Below, piece by piece: positions 1 through 13,352 of a DNA stretch of 64,000 nt (position 1 is its first letter; each line of letters opens with the position of its first letter). A program made the translations under genes and the position numbers. This DNA is from Neocallimastix sp. 'constans'. Lineage: Eukaryota. The stretch is taken from NCBI GenBank assembly GCA_050613775.1, contig JBODTK010000109.1:62001-126000 (forward strand), given 5' to 3'. The notes under the pieces are model-generated. The model did not search any database, was not told the origin of the DNA, and worked only from the letters and a program-made list of their open reading frames with translations.

Positions 1-489
1 CATATTATTTTATAATATATTATATTATATTATTTATTTTATAATTATATATTATTATATTAAAATATAATAATATTTTTATATTTAACTTTAATAGGAT
101 TTTTATTATATTATACAATATATTATTATGTATTATTTTATATTTATTTTTTTATTTTACATATAATATACATTTATTATTTAAATATAGATATTGTATT
201 CTTATATATATATAATTTATATTATATGTTTAAAATATATTTCATACTATTAAATTTTATAATTTTAAAATGTAATTTCTTAATAATAACCAATTTCTAA
301 TAAATTAATTTAGAAAAGGGGTTTTTTTAGTTTTTAGGAAAAGGAATAATAAATTAAATAAAGATATAACTATATTATTATAATTAAAATATAGCACATA
401 AAAGTCCCGTATATCATCTTTTTTATCACATGTATTTAGATTACCAAGTAATATTCACGTGATTGCAACTGGTTAACTAAAGTATCGAA

Positions 490-660
490 ATGATCACCCA
501 GTTGTTTTTTGGTGATTGGGTTCAAGCAAACCATACTTTTACAACGGTTATTCAGCAATAGCCATCACGATAAGAGCACCAAGGCTGAAAATACATTATG
601 GCAGTCCAGTAGGGACAAAACCACTTTGTGGAAGTATAATTATATATACTTCCTGGTCAT
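490..660 (+). mobile_element. Possible 3'-terminal fragment of a non-LTR retrotransposon (LINE)
   Basis: GC-richer ~170-bp island directly followed by an A run and a long (TTA)n tail. It translates to ...KSTKAENTLWQSS..., loosely like RSVNSENSVKH in the LINE tail at ~25900. Confidence 0.3.
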
Positions 661-668
661 AAAAAAAA

Positions 669-935
<267 letters not shown>

Positions 936-1426
936 TATCTACTAAAAAATTTATTATTTTATTTTTTCTTTTTTTTTTTTTTATTGTTAAGGATTTTTTG
1001 ACTTTACATTTTTTTTTTTTTTTGTAATCATATTTGTTAATGTGGAACAAAAATCATCATCATTTTAAATTAGTCAATAATTTACCATTAAAAAATTTTT
1101 AAAAAACAATTAAAAAATAAATAAATAAGTAAATAAGTAAATAAATAGATAAATAAATAAATAAAAAAATTTATTAATTATTAAATGATTAATCTACAAT
1201 AATCTGCACATCATTATTAATCTACATATTATAACATGTAGATTAATAATTATTATTTAATTTATAGATTAAATGATTATAAAAAGAAAAGAGCAATAGT
1301 ATCCAAAAAAGTATAAAAGAGAATAAAATTACCTTTATAATAAAGTTTAATTTAGTTATTTCTTTCTTTTTTTTTTAAAAAAAAAAAAATAATAAAAAAA
1401 AAACAACAATAAATCATATTTTAATC

Positions 1427-2176
1427 ATGAGCGATTTTCAAATTAAAGACGGACTGGCTTACCGATTATACGAAGGACAGAAATACAAGAATATCAACGT
1501 AGTATTTATTCATGGTACTGGTTGTAACAAAGACTTCTTAAAGGCGGTCCGGACCGAATTAACGGATTATAACGTTTATTTCTTTGATCTTCCGGGACAT
1601 GGTAATTCAGAAGTTAGAGCCTATACAAAGGAAAGTTATCTAGATGGTATTAGTCACTTTATAAAGGATTTAACGAATGTAATTTTAATTGGTCATTCGT
1701 TAGGAGGAACCTTAACCGTCGGATCCTTGGCAAGAAAACCCAAGAATGTCGTTGGAGGAATTGTAGCTGGTGGCGCTTTAAATTTTGATAATCTACCGGC
1801 CGATTTTTTGAAAGGGGTTCACAACGGAGTCATCAATAAAGATTTGGTGTATGATGGTTTTGGTCATTTGGATCATCCAGAGGTAGTAGAAGCCATTCAA
1901 GCTATGGAACCAGATGAAGTGACCTTAAAGGATTGGCTTCTAGATGAACATATTGATGTCTCGGACGGGATCGAAGAAATTACAGTTCCTGTAAAAGTTA
2001 TTGTGGGACGTGATGATTTCCTGGTTCCAGTAGAAAAATCAGAAGAAATTGCTAAGAGAATTCCCAATGCCACACTTATTGTGGTTAATAAAGCCCGTCA
2101 TATGTTGATTGTTGCATTGAAACATCAAATTCGTTGGCTAGTGGATGAAATTCGTGAAGAGGCTAAATTAGCGTGA
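1427..2176 (+). CDS. Alpha/beta-fold hydrolase (esterase/lipase-like), 249 aa, intronless
   Basis: FIHGTG oxyanion motif, DLPGHG, nucleophile elbow GHSLGG, candidate Asp in GRDDFLVP and His in ARHML; clean ATG-TGA ORF. Confidence 0.92.
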   Translation: MSDFQIKDGLAYRLYEGQKYKNINVVFIHGTGCNKDFLKAVRTELTDYNVYFFDLPGHGNSEVRAYTKESYLDGISHFIKDLTNVILIGHSLGGTLTVGSLARKPKNVVGGIVAGGALNFDNLPADFLKGVHNGVINKDLVYDGFGHLDHPEVVEAIQAMEPDEVTLKDWLLDEHIDVSDGIEEITVPVKVIVGRDDFLVPVEKSEEIAKRIPNATLIVVNKARHMLIVALKHQIRWLVDEIREEAKLA

Positions 2177-2248
2177 AAAAAAATTATGAATTCAATATCT
2201 AACTTTTAAGTTATTTTTAACTAAAATAAAAAAGATAAATAATTAATT

Positions 2249-2279
<31 letters not shown>

Positions 2280-2828
2280 GATTTTTGATATGTATATTCA
2301 AGAAATAGAAAATAATTATTAATTATTTTTTTTAATTAATTTCATATCTTAATCTTGATAATTCTTATTTTTTAATATTAATATTTTTTTTAGTAATTAC
2401 TCTTTAAAAAAATTTACATCTATTTTTTTTATTAACTCTATCAAATAATATAATATTGTATATTGTATATTTCTTTAATGATACATTTTTTTTAAATAAA
2501 AATAAATATATAAAACTAAAACAAATTGAAAATGTTTTTTATGCTTTTAATTTTCAAAACTTTTCTTGTATTCTTTTTCATCATTTCAGTATAAAACCAA
2601 AATGAAATAAAAACACTCTCTAAAAAATATCTTTTTATCATATATTTTTTTTTATGTATTTTTTTTTATTTTTTTTTTTTTTAGAAAAAAAAATTAAATA
2701 AAAAAAATTTAAACGAAACTCCTTTTTTACATTTACATTTTAAACATTAAACCATAAAATAATAAAAGCTTATTATAATAATTTTAATATATATATAATT
2801 TTATATCATATATGCAATTTATACTAAG

Positions 2829-2864
<36 letters not shown>

Positions 2865-3069
2865 TTAAAAATTTTAAAATGTTTATTGGGTATAATTTTA
2901 GACTTTATTTTTTCGATTTTTTTATAAATATTTTATTTTTAAATTTTAATTAAAAAAATATATCGAATTCAAGAAGTGATGAAGAGGTCACTTTAGTATA
3001 TTATTGTTCAAACTGTAAAAGAGTTATTTAAAACTTTTATTTAATTTATAATTTTTTTTAATAAAATTT

Positions 3070-3104
<35 letters not shown>

Positions 3105-5705
3105 ATAAATTTATTATTAACTTATTATATTTAATAAATATTATTAAAATAAATTTTAATATTTTTATTATAGATATAAAGAATGGGTATCATTTCGCAA
3201 TGTGGATTAAATATTTTTAATTAATTGCCACATTATATAATTTTTTAACCAATAAATAATTAAATAAATAATAAAAATCATTTTTGAAAAAAGTGAAGTC
3301 TTTAAATATTATTTCTTATCACGAAAGTTATATGAAATAATATTTGCAATAAAATTATTTATATTTATAATTTTTAATAAATTTAAAAATATTTTTTCAA
3401 TTACTGAATACTTAATACTGAATACTGAATGTTTTTTTTTTTGTATAGATATATCCAAAAATTTTAATATTATATTTTATTTATTAGTAAAGTACAACAA
3501 TTAACTAATATAAAATTTAAGCTAAGTAATATAAAAATTAGTATTTATATTGATTATATTGTTTTTTATTTTATTAAATTAAATTCATATTTCGTTTTTA
3601 TTTAAAAATTGATATTAAAAATAAATTAAATTTATATTTCGTTTTTATTTAAAAATTGATATTAAAAAAATTAATTATTAAATAGATTAAGACGTAAATA
3701 TTAAATAATTTAATAAAAATAAAAAAAATTTATCCATTTATAAATGGTTAAACATTATTGGTTAAAATAATTAATTCATAATAAGGATTAGAAATTATTA
3801 TTTTGATTATATTTGAAAATTTAGGAATTCACTACGATATATTAAATATTATTAAAATATATATAATTATATGTATGATTAAATATAAAGTCTTAATATT
3901 CATAATTAAAAAAAAAAAAAAAAAAAAAACAAATATTTTATTAATCACATCATTCACAAAATGAACTTTTTTATTTTAACACATATTGTTATAATTTTTT
4001 TTTTTTTTTAATATTTATTGATTTGTATTACAAATATTTTTTTTATGGGTTTAATATTAAAAAAAATGTAAATAACTAATATTTTAATAAATATTTACAT
4101 GATAAATTATTTAGTATAAATAAAAATTAATATTAAATAAAAATATACAAAATAGAAAAAAATAAAAAAAGATTAATATATATTTTTGAAAGTCCTTCTC
4201 TAAATTAATAATTTGTCCATTAATTGAGAAATTAAATTTAAATTTCTCAATTAAAGGAAAAATTATTAATTTTTCTAATGTAGAACTAATATACATTGTA
4301 TTTATTATAAAATTGATAATTTATTAATAATAAGATACTGCTATTACTAAATTATTATTTATATAATATATTTTGACAATCCATATTTTTCAATATTAAT
4401 ATATTAAATTTTATTATATATATAAATATATATAATTTTTTATATATAAAAAATTATTTGATTTAATATAGAACTAATATATAAAATGAAATATGTTATA
4501 TAATGAAATCACGGCAACTTTTATATACTCTAAATGAGTGAATAAAAATTGTCAAGTCACAATAAATATGTTCACTATTTATGTAATCTTAGTACATATT
4601 GAATTTTTATAAATAATGAAAAACATTTATTTAATTATTCGTAATTAATTGCTATTAATTAGGAACTTCAAAAATTAATTATATTATTTACTATTAGAAA
4701 ATTTCTTTATCATGGCATCATTGTATTTATTATAAAATTGATAATTTATTAATAATAAGATAAAAATAATTAGATAAATATTATTATTTTACTACTATTA
4801 CTAAATTATTATTTATATAATATATTTTGACAATCCATATTTTTCAATATTAATATATTAAATTTTATTATATATATAAATATATAATTTTTTATATATA
4901 AAAAATTATTTGTAAATAATTTACTTTTAAAGATTTTATTAACCAATAATATTAATTCCTCGTGTTTAATTGTAGTGGATAAATTATTTTATTCTTTTTT
5001 TTTTTTTAATTTCAAATTTTATTTTTTTTTGTATAAAGATCGGTTATTCTACATTAAATAATTTCCTAAAGTTTAATTATGTATATAGTTATAGCTAATT
5101 ATTTTATTTTATTTTATTTTATTATTTTTAAATACTTAACAATATATTTTAAAAATAATAAAAATAATAAACGTTAATTTCATGTATTTTTTTTCTTTTT
5201 TTTTTTAGTTTATATTATTAAATAAAGTTTATTCCTAGTCAAAAATAAAATAAAAAAAAAAGTTATGAAAATTAAGTAAATCTAATTATAAATTTTGTAA
5301 ATTATTTATTATAAAATATTGTATGACAATAAAAATAATAATAATAAATATAATTTTATTGTAATATTTACTATAGTGCTTATTTAATTATCCTTTTTTT
5401 TTTTTTTTTTTTACATTTATATATATATATATTTTTCATTTTTTTTATGGAGTATATTTTGCATTATTTTAATAAAGAAATACTAATAATTTTTAAAAAT
5501 GAAAATAATATTATATTTATAAATATTATTTTGCTAACTTAAATGTAGGATTTTTATGATTTTTATGAATGTATTTAATATAAATATACAATCTTTTAAA
5601 TTTTGTATTATTAGACATCTCATTATTTATTATTCCTACTAATTTATGATATTTATGTTTAATACTTAAAAATTCCTCAAATAGGATATGTAGGATTTTA
5701 TTAAA

Positions 5706-5742
<37 letters not shown>

Positions 5743-6319
5743 GAATTTTAAAAAACTAATTAATGAAAAATAAAAATTAAAAATTTCTCAAATAGGATAT
5801 GTATATTTCATTTAATTAAGGATTTTTTTACGAATTTTAAAAAATTAATAAAAAATGAATATACCATACTATTTATTTAAATTGCATAATATATATTTTA
5901 TAATATATTACAATATATAATTATTATAATATATTGTATATTATATAATTAAAAAATGTTTATTTATTTATTTATTTTTAATTATTTATTTATTTTTAAT
6001 TATTTATTTATTTTTAATTATTAATTTATACAATATTATATCTGTCCATATTATGTGTAACCAATAATAAAAATTTTATAAATTTTAAAATTTGTTTAAA
6101 GTATATAAAGACCTAAAAAATTCTTTTTTTTTTTTTTTTTTTTTTTTTTTTCATCATCAAATTAATAAACAAATATTAATTAACAAATAATAATTAAAAA
6201 TAATATAAGAATTTATTTTTATTAATAATAATTCTTAATATACCAATATTAAAAATATTTTTTTTATTATAAATAAAATTTAATAATAAAATAATTTATT
6301 AAAGCAAATAAAAATTAAA

Positions 6320-8749
6320 ATGGAAAGTTTAACTTTATGTGAAGTTAATAACGCTATTGCTAAATCAGTTTCAGTTAATGCTGTTGCTGCTACTAAGATT
6401 GCTGGTATTAGAATCAGTAAATCATCTCGTGGTTTCCATACCACTCCAATGACCACTAGTGGTCTTAAGACTTCAAAGAAGTCTTCCTTCCCATCTGTCC
6501 AAACTAAAACTTACGCTACTCAAGCTCCAAGTATTACTAAGGATGCAGCTGCCAAGAGTGAAATTGATGTTGAAGGTTGGATTAAGAAACATTACACTCC
6601 ATATGAAGGTGATGGCTCTTTCCTTGCTGGTCCAACTGAAAAAACTAAAAAACTTTTTGCTAAAGCTGAAGAATACTTAGCCAAGGAACGTGCTAATGGT
6701 GGTTTATATGATGTTGATCCACATACTCCATCTACTATTACTTCTCACAAGCCAGGTTACCTTGATAAAGAAAATGAAGTCATCTACGGTTATCAAACAG
6801 ATGTTCCACTTAAGAGAGCTATTAAACCATTTGGTGGTGTTAACATGGTCAAGAATGCACTTAAGGCTGTTAATGTTCCAATGGATAAGGAAGTTGAACA
6901 CATTTTCTCCGACTACCGTAAGACTCACAATACAGCAGTTTTTGATATTTACTCAAAGGAAATGAGAGCTGGTCGTTCTAATGCTATCATGACTGGTTTA
7001 CCAGATGGTTATGGTCGTGGTCGTATCATTGGTGATTACCGTCGTGTTGCTCTTTATGGTACTGATCGTCTTATTGCCCAAAAGGAAAAAGATAAGGCCG
7101 AACTTCAAAAGAAACAAATGGATGAACCAACCATGAAGTTAATTGGAGAAGTTGCTGATCAAGTTAAAGCTCTTAAACAACTTACTCAAATGGCTAAATC
7201 ATATGGTATTGATATTTCTAAGCCAGCCAAGAATGCCAAAGAAGCTACACAATTTGTTTACTTTGGTTATTTAGGTTCTATTAAGGAACAAGATGGAGCA
7301 GCCATGTCTCTTGGTCGTGTTGATGCATTCCTCGATTGTTTCTTCGAAAACGATTTAAAGAATGGAGTTATTACAGAATCCGAAGCTCAAGAAATTGTAG
7401 ATAATCTTATCTTAAAGTTACGTTTCGCTCGTCATTTACGTACCCCAGAATATAATGATTTATTTGCTGGTGATCCAACTTGGGTTACTATGTCTCTTGG
7501 TGGTATGGGAAGTGATGGTCGTACTTTAGTCACTAAGACTTCCTTCCGTGTTCTTAATACACTTTACAACTTAGGTCCAGCTCCAGAACCAAACATCACT
7601 GTTCTCTGGAATAAGGCTCTTCCAAAGAACTTTAAAGATTTCGCTACTAAGGTTTCCATTGATACTTCATCTATTCAATATGAATCTGATGCTCTTATGT
7701 CTGCCAGATTTGGTGATGATTATGGAATTGCTTGTTGTGTCTCAGCCATGAGAATTGGTAAAGATATGCAATTCTTTGGAGCTCGTTGTAATCTTGCCAA
7801 GCTTATGCTTTACGTTCTTAATCATGGTAAGGATGAAAGAACTGGTAAACAAGTAGGACCAGATTTCGGACCAGTTCCAGAAGGACCAATTCCATTCGAT
7901 TGGATGTGGGAAACTTATGATAAGGCTATGGATTGGATTGCCAAGCTTTACGTTAACACCATGAATGTTATTCACTTCTGTCATGATCAATATTGCTATG
8001 AATCTCTTCAAATGGCTCTTCACGATACCGATGTTCGTCGTCTTATGGCATTTGGTGTTGCAGGTCTTTCTGTTGTTGCAGATTCTTTCTCAGCTATTAA
8101 ATATGCCAAGGTTACACCAATTCGTGATCCAAAAACTGGTTTAACAGTTGATTTCAAGGTTGAAGGAGATTTCCCAAAATTCGGTAATGATGATGATCGT
8201 GTTGATTTCTTCGCTAAAACTGTTACTGATAAGCTTATCAACAAATTAAGAAAAACACCAACTTACCGTGGTGCTACCCACACCCTATCTATTCTTACTA
8301 TTACTTCTAATGTTGTTTACGGTAAGAAGACAGGTTCTACTCCAGATGGTCGTAAAGCTGGTCAACCATTTGCACCAGGTTGTAATCCAATGCACGGTCG
8401 TGAATTCTCTGGTGCTGTTGCTTCTCTTTCATCTGTCGCTAAAGTTAACTATGATTCTTGTATGGATGGTATTTCTAATACTTTCTCTATTGTTCCAAAC
8501 ACTATTGGTAAAACTTTACAAGAACGTCAAGGTAATCTTTCAGGTTTATTAGATGGTTACTTCACCAAGGGAGCTCACCATCTTAATGTTAATGTTCTTA
8601 AACGTGAAACCTTAGAAGATGCTATGGCACATCCAGAAAACTATCCAAATCTTACTATTCGTGTTTCAGGATATGCTGTTAACTTTGTTAAATTAACCCC
8701 AGCTCAACAAAAGGAAGTTATTGCTCGTACCTTCCATGAAAAAATGTAA
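6320..8749 (+). CDS. pfl: Pyruvate formate-lyase (formate C-acetyltransferase), 809 aa, with N-terminal putative hydrogenosomal targeting extension; intronless
   Basis: [22 protein letters not shown], active-site ACCVS (Cys-Cys), TPDGRKAG and glycyl-radical loop [11 protein letters not shown] ~70-aa Ser/Thr/Lys/Ala-rich extension precedes the conserved core; codon usage is strongly biased. Confidence 0.98.
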   Translation: MESLTLCEVNNAIAKSVSVNAVAATKIAGIRISKSSRGFHTTPMTTSGLKTSKKSSFPSVQTKTYATQAPSITKDAAAKSEIDVEGWIKKHYTPYEGDGSFLAGPTEKTKKLFAKAEEYLAKERANGGLYDVDPHTPSTITSHKPGYLDKENEVIYGYQTDVPLKRAIKPFGGVNMVKNALKAVNVPMDKEVEHIFSDYRKTHNTAVFDIYSKEMRAGRSNAIMTGLPDGYGRGRIIGDYRRVALYGTDRLIAQKEKDKAELQKKQMDEPTMKLIGEVADQVKALKQLTQMAKSYGIDISKPAKNAKEATQFVYFGYLGSIKEQDGAAMSLGRVDAFLDCFFENDLKNGVITESEAQEIVDNLILKLRFARHLRTPEYNDLFAGDPTWVTMSLGGMGSDGRTLVTKTSFRVLNTLYNLGPAPEPNITVLWNKALPKNFKDFATKVSIDTSSIQYESDALMSARFGDDYGIACCVSAMRIGKDMQFFGARCNLAKLMLYVLNHGKDERTGKQVGPDFGPVPEGPIPFDWMWETYDKAMDWIAKLYVNTMNVIHFCHDQYCYESLQMALHDTDVRRLMAFGVAGLSVVADSFSAIKYAKVTPIRDPKTGLTVDFKVEGDFPKFGNDDDRVDFFAKTVTDKLINKLRKTPTYRGATHTLSILTITSNVVYGKKTGSTPDGRKAGQPFAPGCNPMHGREFSGAVASLSSVAKVNYDSCMDGISNTFSIVPNTIGKTLQERQGNLSGLLDGYFTKGAHHLNVNVLKRETLEDAMAHPENYPNLTIRVSGYAVNFVKLTPAQQKEVIARTFHEKM

Positions 8750-8999
8750 ATAAAATAAAATATAAAGTCAAATAAAATTAAAATAAAATACAATAAAAGG
8801 TTTAAATAAAAATAAAAATATATAAATAAATAAATTCATTAAATTAATTCAATAAATTTTTTTTAAATCATGCCAACCCATATCAACTCAAATAAATGAA
8901 TGAGTAAATCTTAAAAAAAATAAATATTTAATAAATAAATTTTTATAATTATAAATAATATCGTAATAATTTTTTTATTTTAAAAAAGAAAAAAATAAT

Positions 9000-9009
9000 A
9001 AAATAATAA

Positions 9010-9097
<88 letters not shown>
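9000..9097. repeat. (AAT)n microsatellite
   Basis: Direct reading. Confidence 0.95.
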
Positions 9098-9098
<1 letters not shown>

Positions 9099-9589
9099 TA
9101 TTATTTTTTATTTTTTTTTATTAAATAAACATTCTTATCTATAAATAAAGAAAAGAATTGTTTATAATTTTTAAATGTATTACATGTAATGTATCGATAG
9201 TAAAAAATATATATTAATAAAACTAAATAAATTAAGAAAACATTTCTATCTATTATTTGTGATTTTAATTATATAATAATTAAATAAAATATTAAACAAA
9301 AAATATTTTCATATATCAAAATAATAATAATTAAAGCGTTGAATATAAATTTTTTTAAATTGTTTTCTAATTTTTATATTTTATAAATTATTAAAATTTT
9401 TATTGATTAAATGAATAATTTACAATTTATAATTGATTATAGTTTATTATTAATATAATTTTCATATATTTTGATTCAATTTTGAAATACAATAAAAACA
9501 TAATTATTCCATATTTTTGTTTAATTTTTGATTCATTAATTATTTTTATTATTTTTTTTAAAATAAAAGTATATTTTATAAATTACATG

Positions 9590-9622
<33 letters not shown>

Positions 9623-9703
9623 TATACGAAATGAATAAAGCACTCTTTTGAAATTTTATTATTTTTTTTTAAATAAAAGTATATTTTTTAATTTACATAA
9701 TAC

Positions 9704-9741
<38 letters not shown>

Positions 9742-9869
9742 TATACGAAATGAATAAAGCACCCCTTATGAAAATTTAACTAAATAATTAATTAAAATCA
9801 TAATATTTTCAAAAATTACCATCAATAAAATAAAATAAAAAAAAAAAAAAAAAACAATAGAAGCTTATA

Positions 9870-10185
9870 ATAATTGAAGCCATACATTTTTGAGATATTC
9901 TATATAATCATAAATAAATATATAAATAATAATTATTTCAAAAGAAATAATAATATATTCTATTAAAAAAGAATTAAAAAGAAAAATTATTTTTTACAAT
10001 TGAATATTAATAAATTACATATAAAAAAAAAGAATATATATATATTATTTATTTAATTATTATTTTGAATTAATATTTATTTATTTATTCATTTATTTAT
10101 ATCAACACTCCACTTGCCAAAATGCAACCTGGCGAAACGCAATATTTCAATACTACGCCACTTAGAGAAATGCAATTCTCCCTCC
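9870..10185. mobile_element. Right-hand part of a non-autonomous MULE-like element (TIR-like end)
   Basis: Ends ...ACGCCACTTAGAGAAATGCAATTCTCCC, similar in reverse complement to the GGGGA...TGCATTTCTC termini nearby. 9878-10075 is a direct paralogue of 10262-10312 joined to 16622-16820. Confidence 0.55.
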
Positions 10186-10489
10186 ATTCAATAGGGGATC
10201 GTCGTGCATTTCTCAATTGTGTAATTCGCAATGTGGCATGTGGTATATAATTTTTTAAATAAAGCCATACATTTTTAAGATACTCTATACAATCATAAAC
10301 AAATATATAAATATGTGGTTCATTTCGCCAATTCTTATAATACAAATTTTCAATACGCCATTTATTTTTAATGGCTTTTAAATTTTTTTGTTAACGCCAT
10401 AAAAAATTTTAATAAAATTATATGTAAAAAAAATAAATGTATAAATAAATAAACAAACAAATAAATAAATAAATAAAGAATGTAATATA

Positions 10490-11044
10490 TATATAAAATA
10501 AAAATAAATAGTAGAATATGAATATAAAGTACAGATTGAATAAAATAAAATAAAATAAATAGTAGAATATAAATATAAGTACAGATTGAATAAAATAAAA
10601 TAAAATAAATAGTAGAATATAAATATAAGTACAGATTGAATAAAATAAAATAAAATAAATAGTAGAATATAAATATAAGTACAGATTGAATAAAATAAAA
10701 TAAAATAAATAGTAGAATATAAATATAAGTACAGATTGAATAAAATAAAATAAAATAAATAGTAGAATATAAATATAAGTACAGATTGAATAAAATAAAA
10801 TAAAATAAATAGTAGAATATAAATATAAGTACAGATTGAATAAAATAAAATAAAATAAATAGTAGAATATAAATATAAGTACAGATTGAATAAAATAAAA
10901 TAAAATAAATAGTAGAATATAAATATAAGTACAGATTGAATAAAATAAAATAAAATAAATAGTAGAATATAAATATAAGTACAGATTGAATAAAATAAAA
11001 TAAAATAAAATAAAATAAAATAAAACAAAATAAAATAAAATAAA
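10490..11044 (+). repeat. 50-bp minisatellite, ~10 copies
   Basis: Unit AGTAGAATATAAATATAAGTACAGATTGAA(TAAAA)3TAAAT at 10561, 10611, ... 10961, plus a variant at 10510. Confidence 0.95.
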
Positions 11045-11350
11045 ATTAAATAAATATTGAATGTAATAATATAAAAGTACAAGTATATAAAATAAAATAA
11101 AGTAAATATTTATCATTATTTTTTATTAAAGAATATTAAAGACAATTTATTTTTTTTAAAAATAAAATGTTTTATTTAATTATATATGTTAGAAAGCAAA
11201 AAAATCATTTATATTTAATGAGATTATTAACAATCAATAATATTGTTTTATATATTAAATTACATCATCAATTGAATACAATAAAAATGTAAAAAATTTT
11301 CATTTCTAAAACATTGATCTGTAATATTCTTTAATAAAAAAATATTAGAT

Positions 11351-11655
11351 ATTTATTTTATTTTATTTTATTCAATCTGTACTTATATTTATATTCTACT
11401 ATTTATTTTATTTTATTTTATTCAATCTGTACTTATATTTATATTCTACTATTTATTTTATTTTATTTTATTCAATCTGTAATTATATTTATATTCTACT
11501 ATTTATTTTATTTTATTTTATTCAATCTGTACTTATATTTATATTCTACTATTTATTTTATTTTATTTTATTCAATCTGTACTTATATTTATATTCTACT
11601 ATTTATTTTATTTTATTTTATTTTATTTTATTTTATTTTATTTTATTTTATTTTG
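11351..11655 (-). repeat. Same 50-bp minisatellite, inverted, ~5 copies
   Basis: TTCAATCTGTACTTATATTTATATTCTACT units with (TTTTA)n. Confidence 0.93.
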
Positions 11656-11817
11656 TATACTTGTACTTACTATTGCATTCTTTATTTATTTATTTTTTTT
11701 TTTTTTTTACAAATAATTGAAAAAATAATTTTTCAAAATTAGTATTTAGAATAATATTGGATTATTAATAGAATAATTTTAATTATATAATTAAAAAATA
11801 TTTATAAAAATATAGAA

Positions 11818-12846
11818 ATGGAAAAAAAATCTTATTATCGATATAAGTGAGTCTAACAAAGGAAAAAAATAAATTATTAATAATAAAAAAAATAAATTTA
11901 ATTTTTTATATATAAGAAAAGATAATTCAAAAGTTTATGTACAGAAATAAATGTAAATCTTTTATTATTTTAAATGATAAGAAAGAAATCTTAAAATATG
12001 ATAGTTCACATAATCATCCTGAAAAAGAATACGACGTATCTCTATCTATAATGAAACATAAAATTAAAGATGGAATTGAAAAAAGTTCAATTCCTTATGG
12101 TATAAAAATAAAACCCCTATATAATAAAATTTCTAAAGAAATGAGATTTATATGTTCAGAATATAATTCAATTAAATCCCAAATATCAAGAAATTTAAAT
12201 AAAAACTACCATCCAATGTAACAACATTTACTGAAATTCCTAATGAATCTAAATATTATAAAACAAAGTGAGGTGAAAATTTTATGATATTCAAAAAATA
12301 TTAATTTAATAATTTTTCAATCTCCTTTTCAAGTAAAATTATTTAGGGAATATAATGATGATATATTTGTTGATGGTACATTTTTTATTGCCCCTAAATT
12401 TAGTTATCAATTATTTATTACAAGAACTTACGCTAAAGAATTAGATAGTTTTTACACTACTTCTTTTGCAATATTACAAAATAAAGAACAAGAAACATAT
12501 AAAATATTTAAAAAATTAAAAAAAAAAATGCTAATACATGTAACAATAATATTATAATTGCAGAATCAATAGTTATTTAAATAATTTATTTCCATTAATA
12601 ACACCTTATTATGAATTAATAGATAAATTAAATGAACTTAAACATTTATCATATTATGATTATCAAAGAAAAATAAGAGGAATTTGGAAAATAAAAAAAA
12701 GAGCAATAAATAAAGCTAATGAAATCAGTGTCTTAATTGAACGCTACAAAAATATTGAAACCAAGTTAATTGATACTAAATGTGATAGAAATAATACTAT
12801 TAATTTGTGGTTTGATTGTTTAACTGATTTAAATAATATAATATAA
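11818..12846 (+). pseudogene. Mutator-like (MULE) DDE transposase pseudogene, left arm
   Basis: FLYWCH-like KCKSFIILND...SHNH; catalytic-D region FQSPFQVKLF...DIFVDGTFFIAPKFSYQLFITR...SFAILQNKEQETY. Frameshifts, in-frame TGA at 12269-12271 and an apparent deletion of the mid catalytic domain. Confidence 0.85.
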
Positions 12847-13352
12847 ATATTATTTTATAATAAATAATTAAAAAAGAGGAATAACCAAACGAAATAATCA
12901 GAATTCTGTCATTCAAAAATTTAATTTATAAAGCTTATTAAATTAAATTTATACAGTTTAAATAAATATTCAAATACGTCTCTATAATTAATAATTTTAT
13001 CATTATAATTATTATTTTTTTAATAACATTTAAATAAAAGAATTATTATTAATAATATTTATATTTTTAATAACATTTATATTTTTATATAATTTTTTTA
13101 TTAATAGCATTTAAATAAAAGAATGAAAATCATAAAATCTAACCATTATATGATTTATTTAATTATTAAGTGAATAATTAAATAAATCATATAATTATAA
13201 TGATAAAATTATTAATTATAGAGACGTATTTGAAAATTTATTTAAACTGTATATATTTAATTAGCTTTATAAATTAAATTTTTGAATGACAGAATTTTGA
13301 TTATTTCGTTTGGTTATCCCTCATTTTTTAATTATTTATTATAAAATAATAT

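Noticed and set aside
630..652. Hairpin GGAAGTATA-ATTATA-TATACTTCC as a terminator or ncRNA
   Set aside because: Only a 9-bp stem with no tRNA, snRNA or ribozyme consensus; more likely part of a retroelement 3' end.
6459..8552. Small overlapping or antisense ORFs inside pfl (likewise inside the ankyrin, SFP1 and gag-pol ORFs)
   Set aside because: Shadow frames caused by codon bias; no recognisable motifs.
1427..8749. Bacterial contig or operon interpretation of the hydrolase and pfl
   Set aside because: 4 kb of AT-rich spacer with poly-T runs, no Shine-Dalgarno sites, no pflA, an organellar-type presequence, and intron-containing neighbours.
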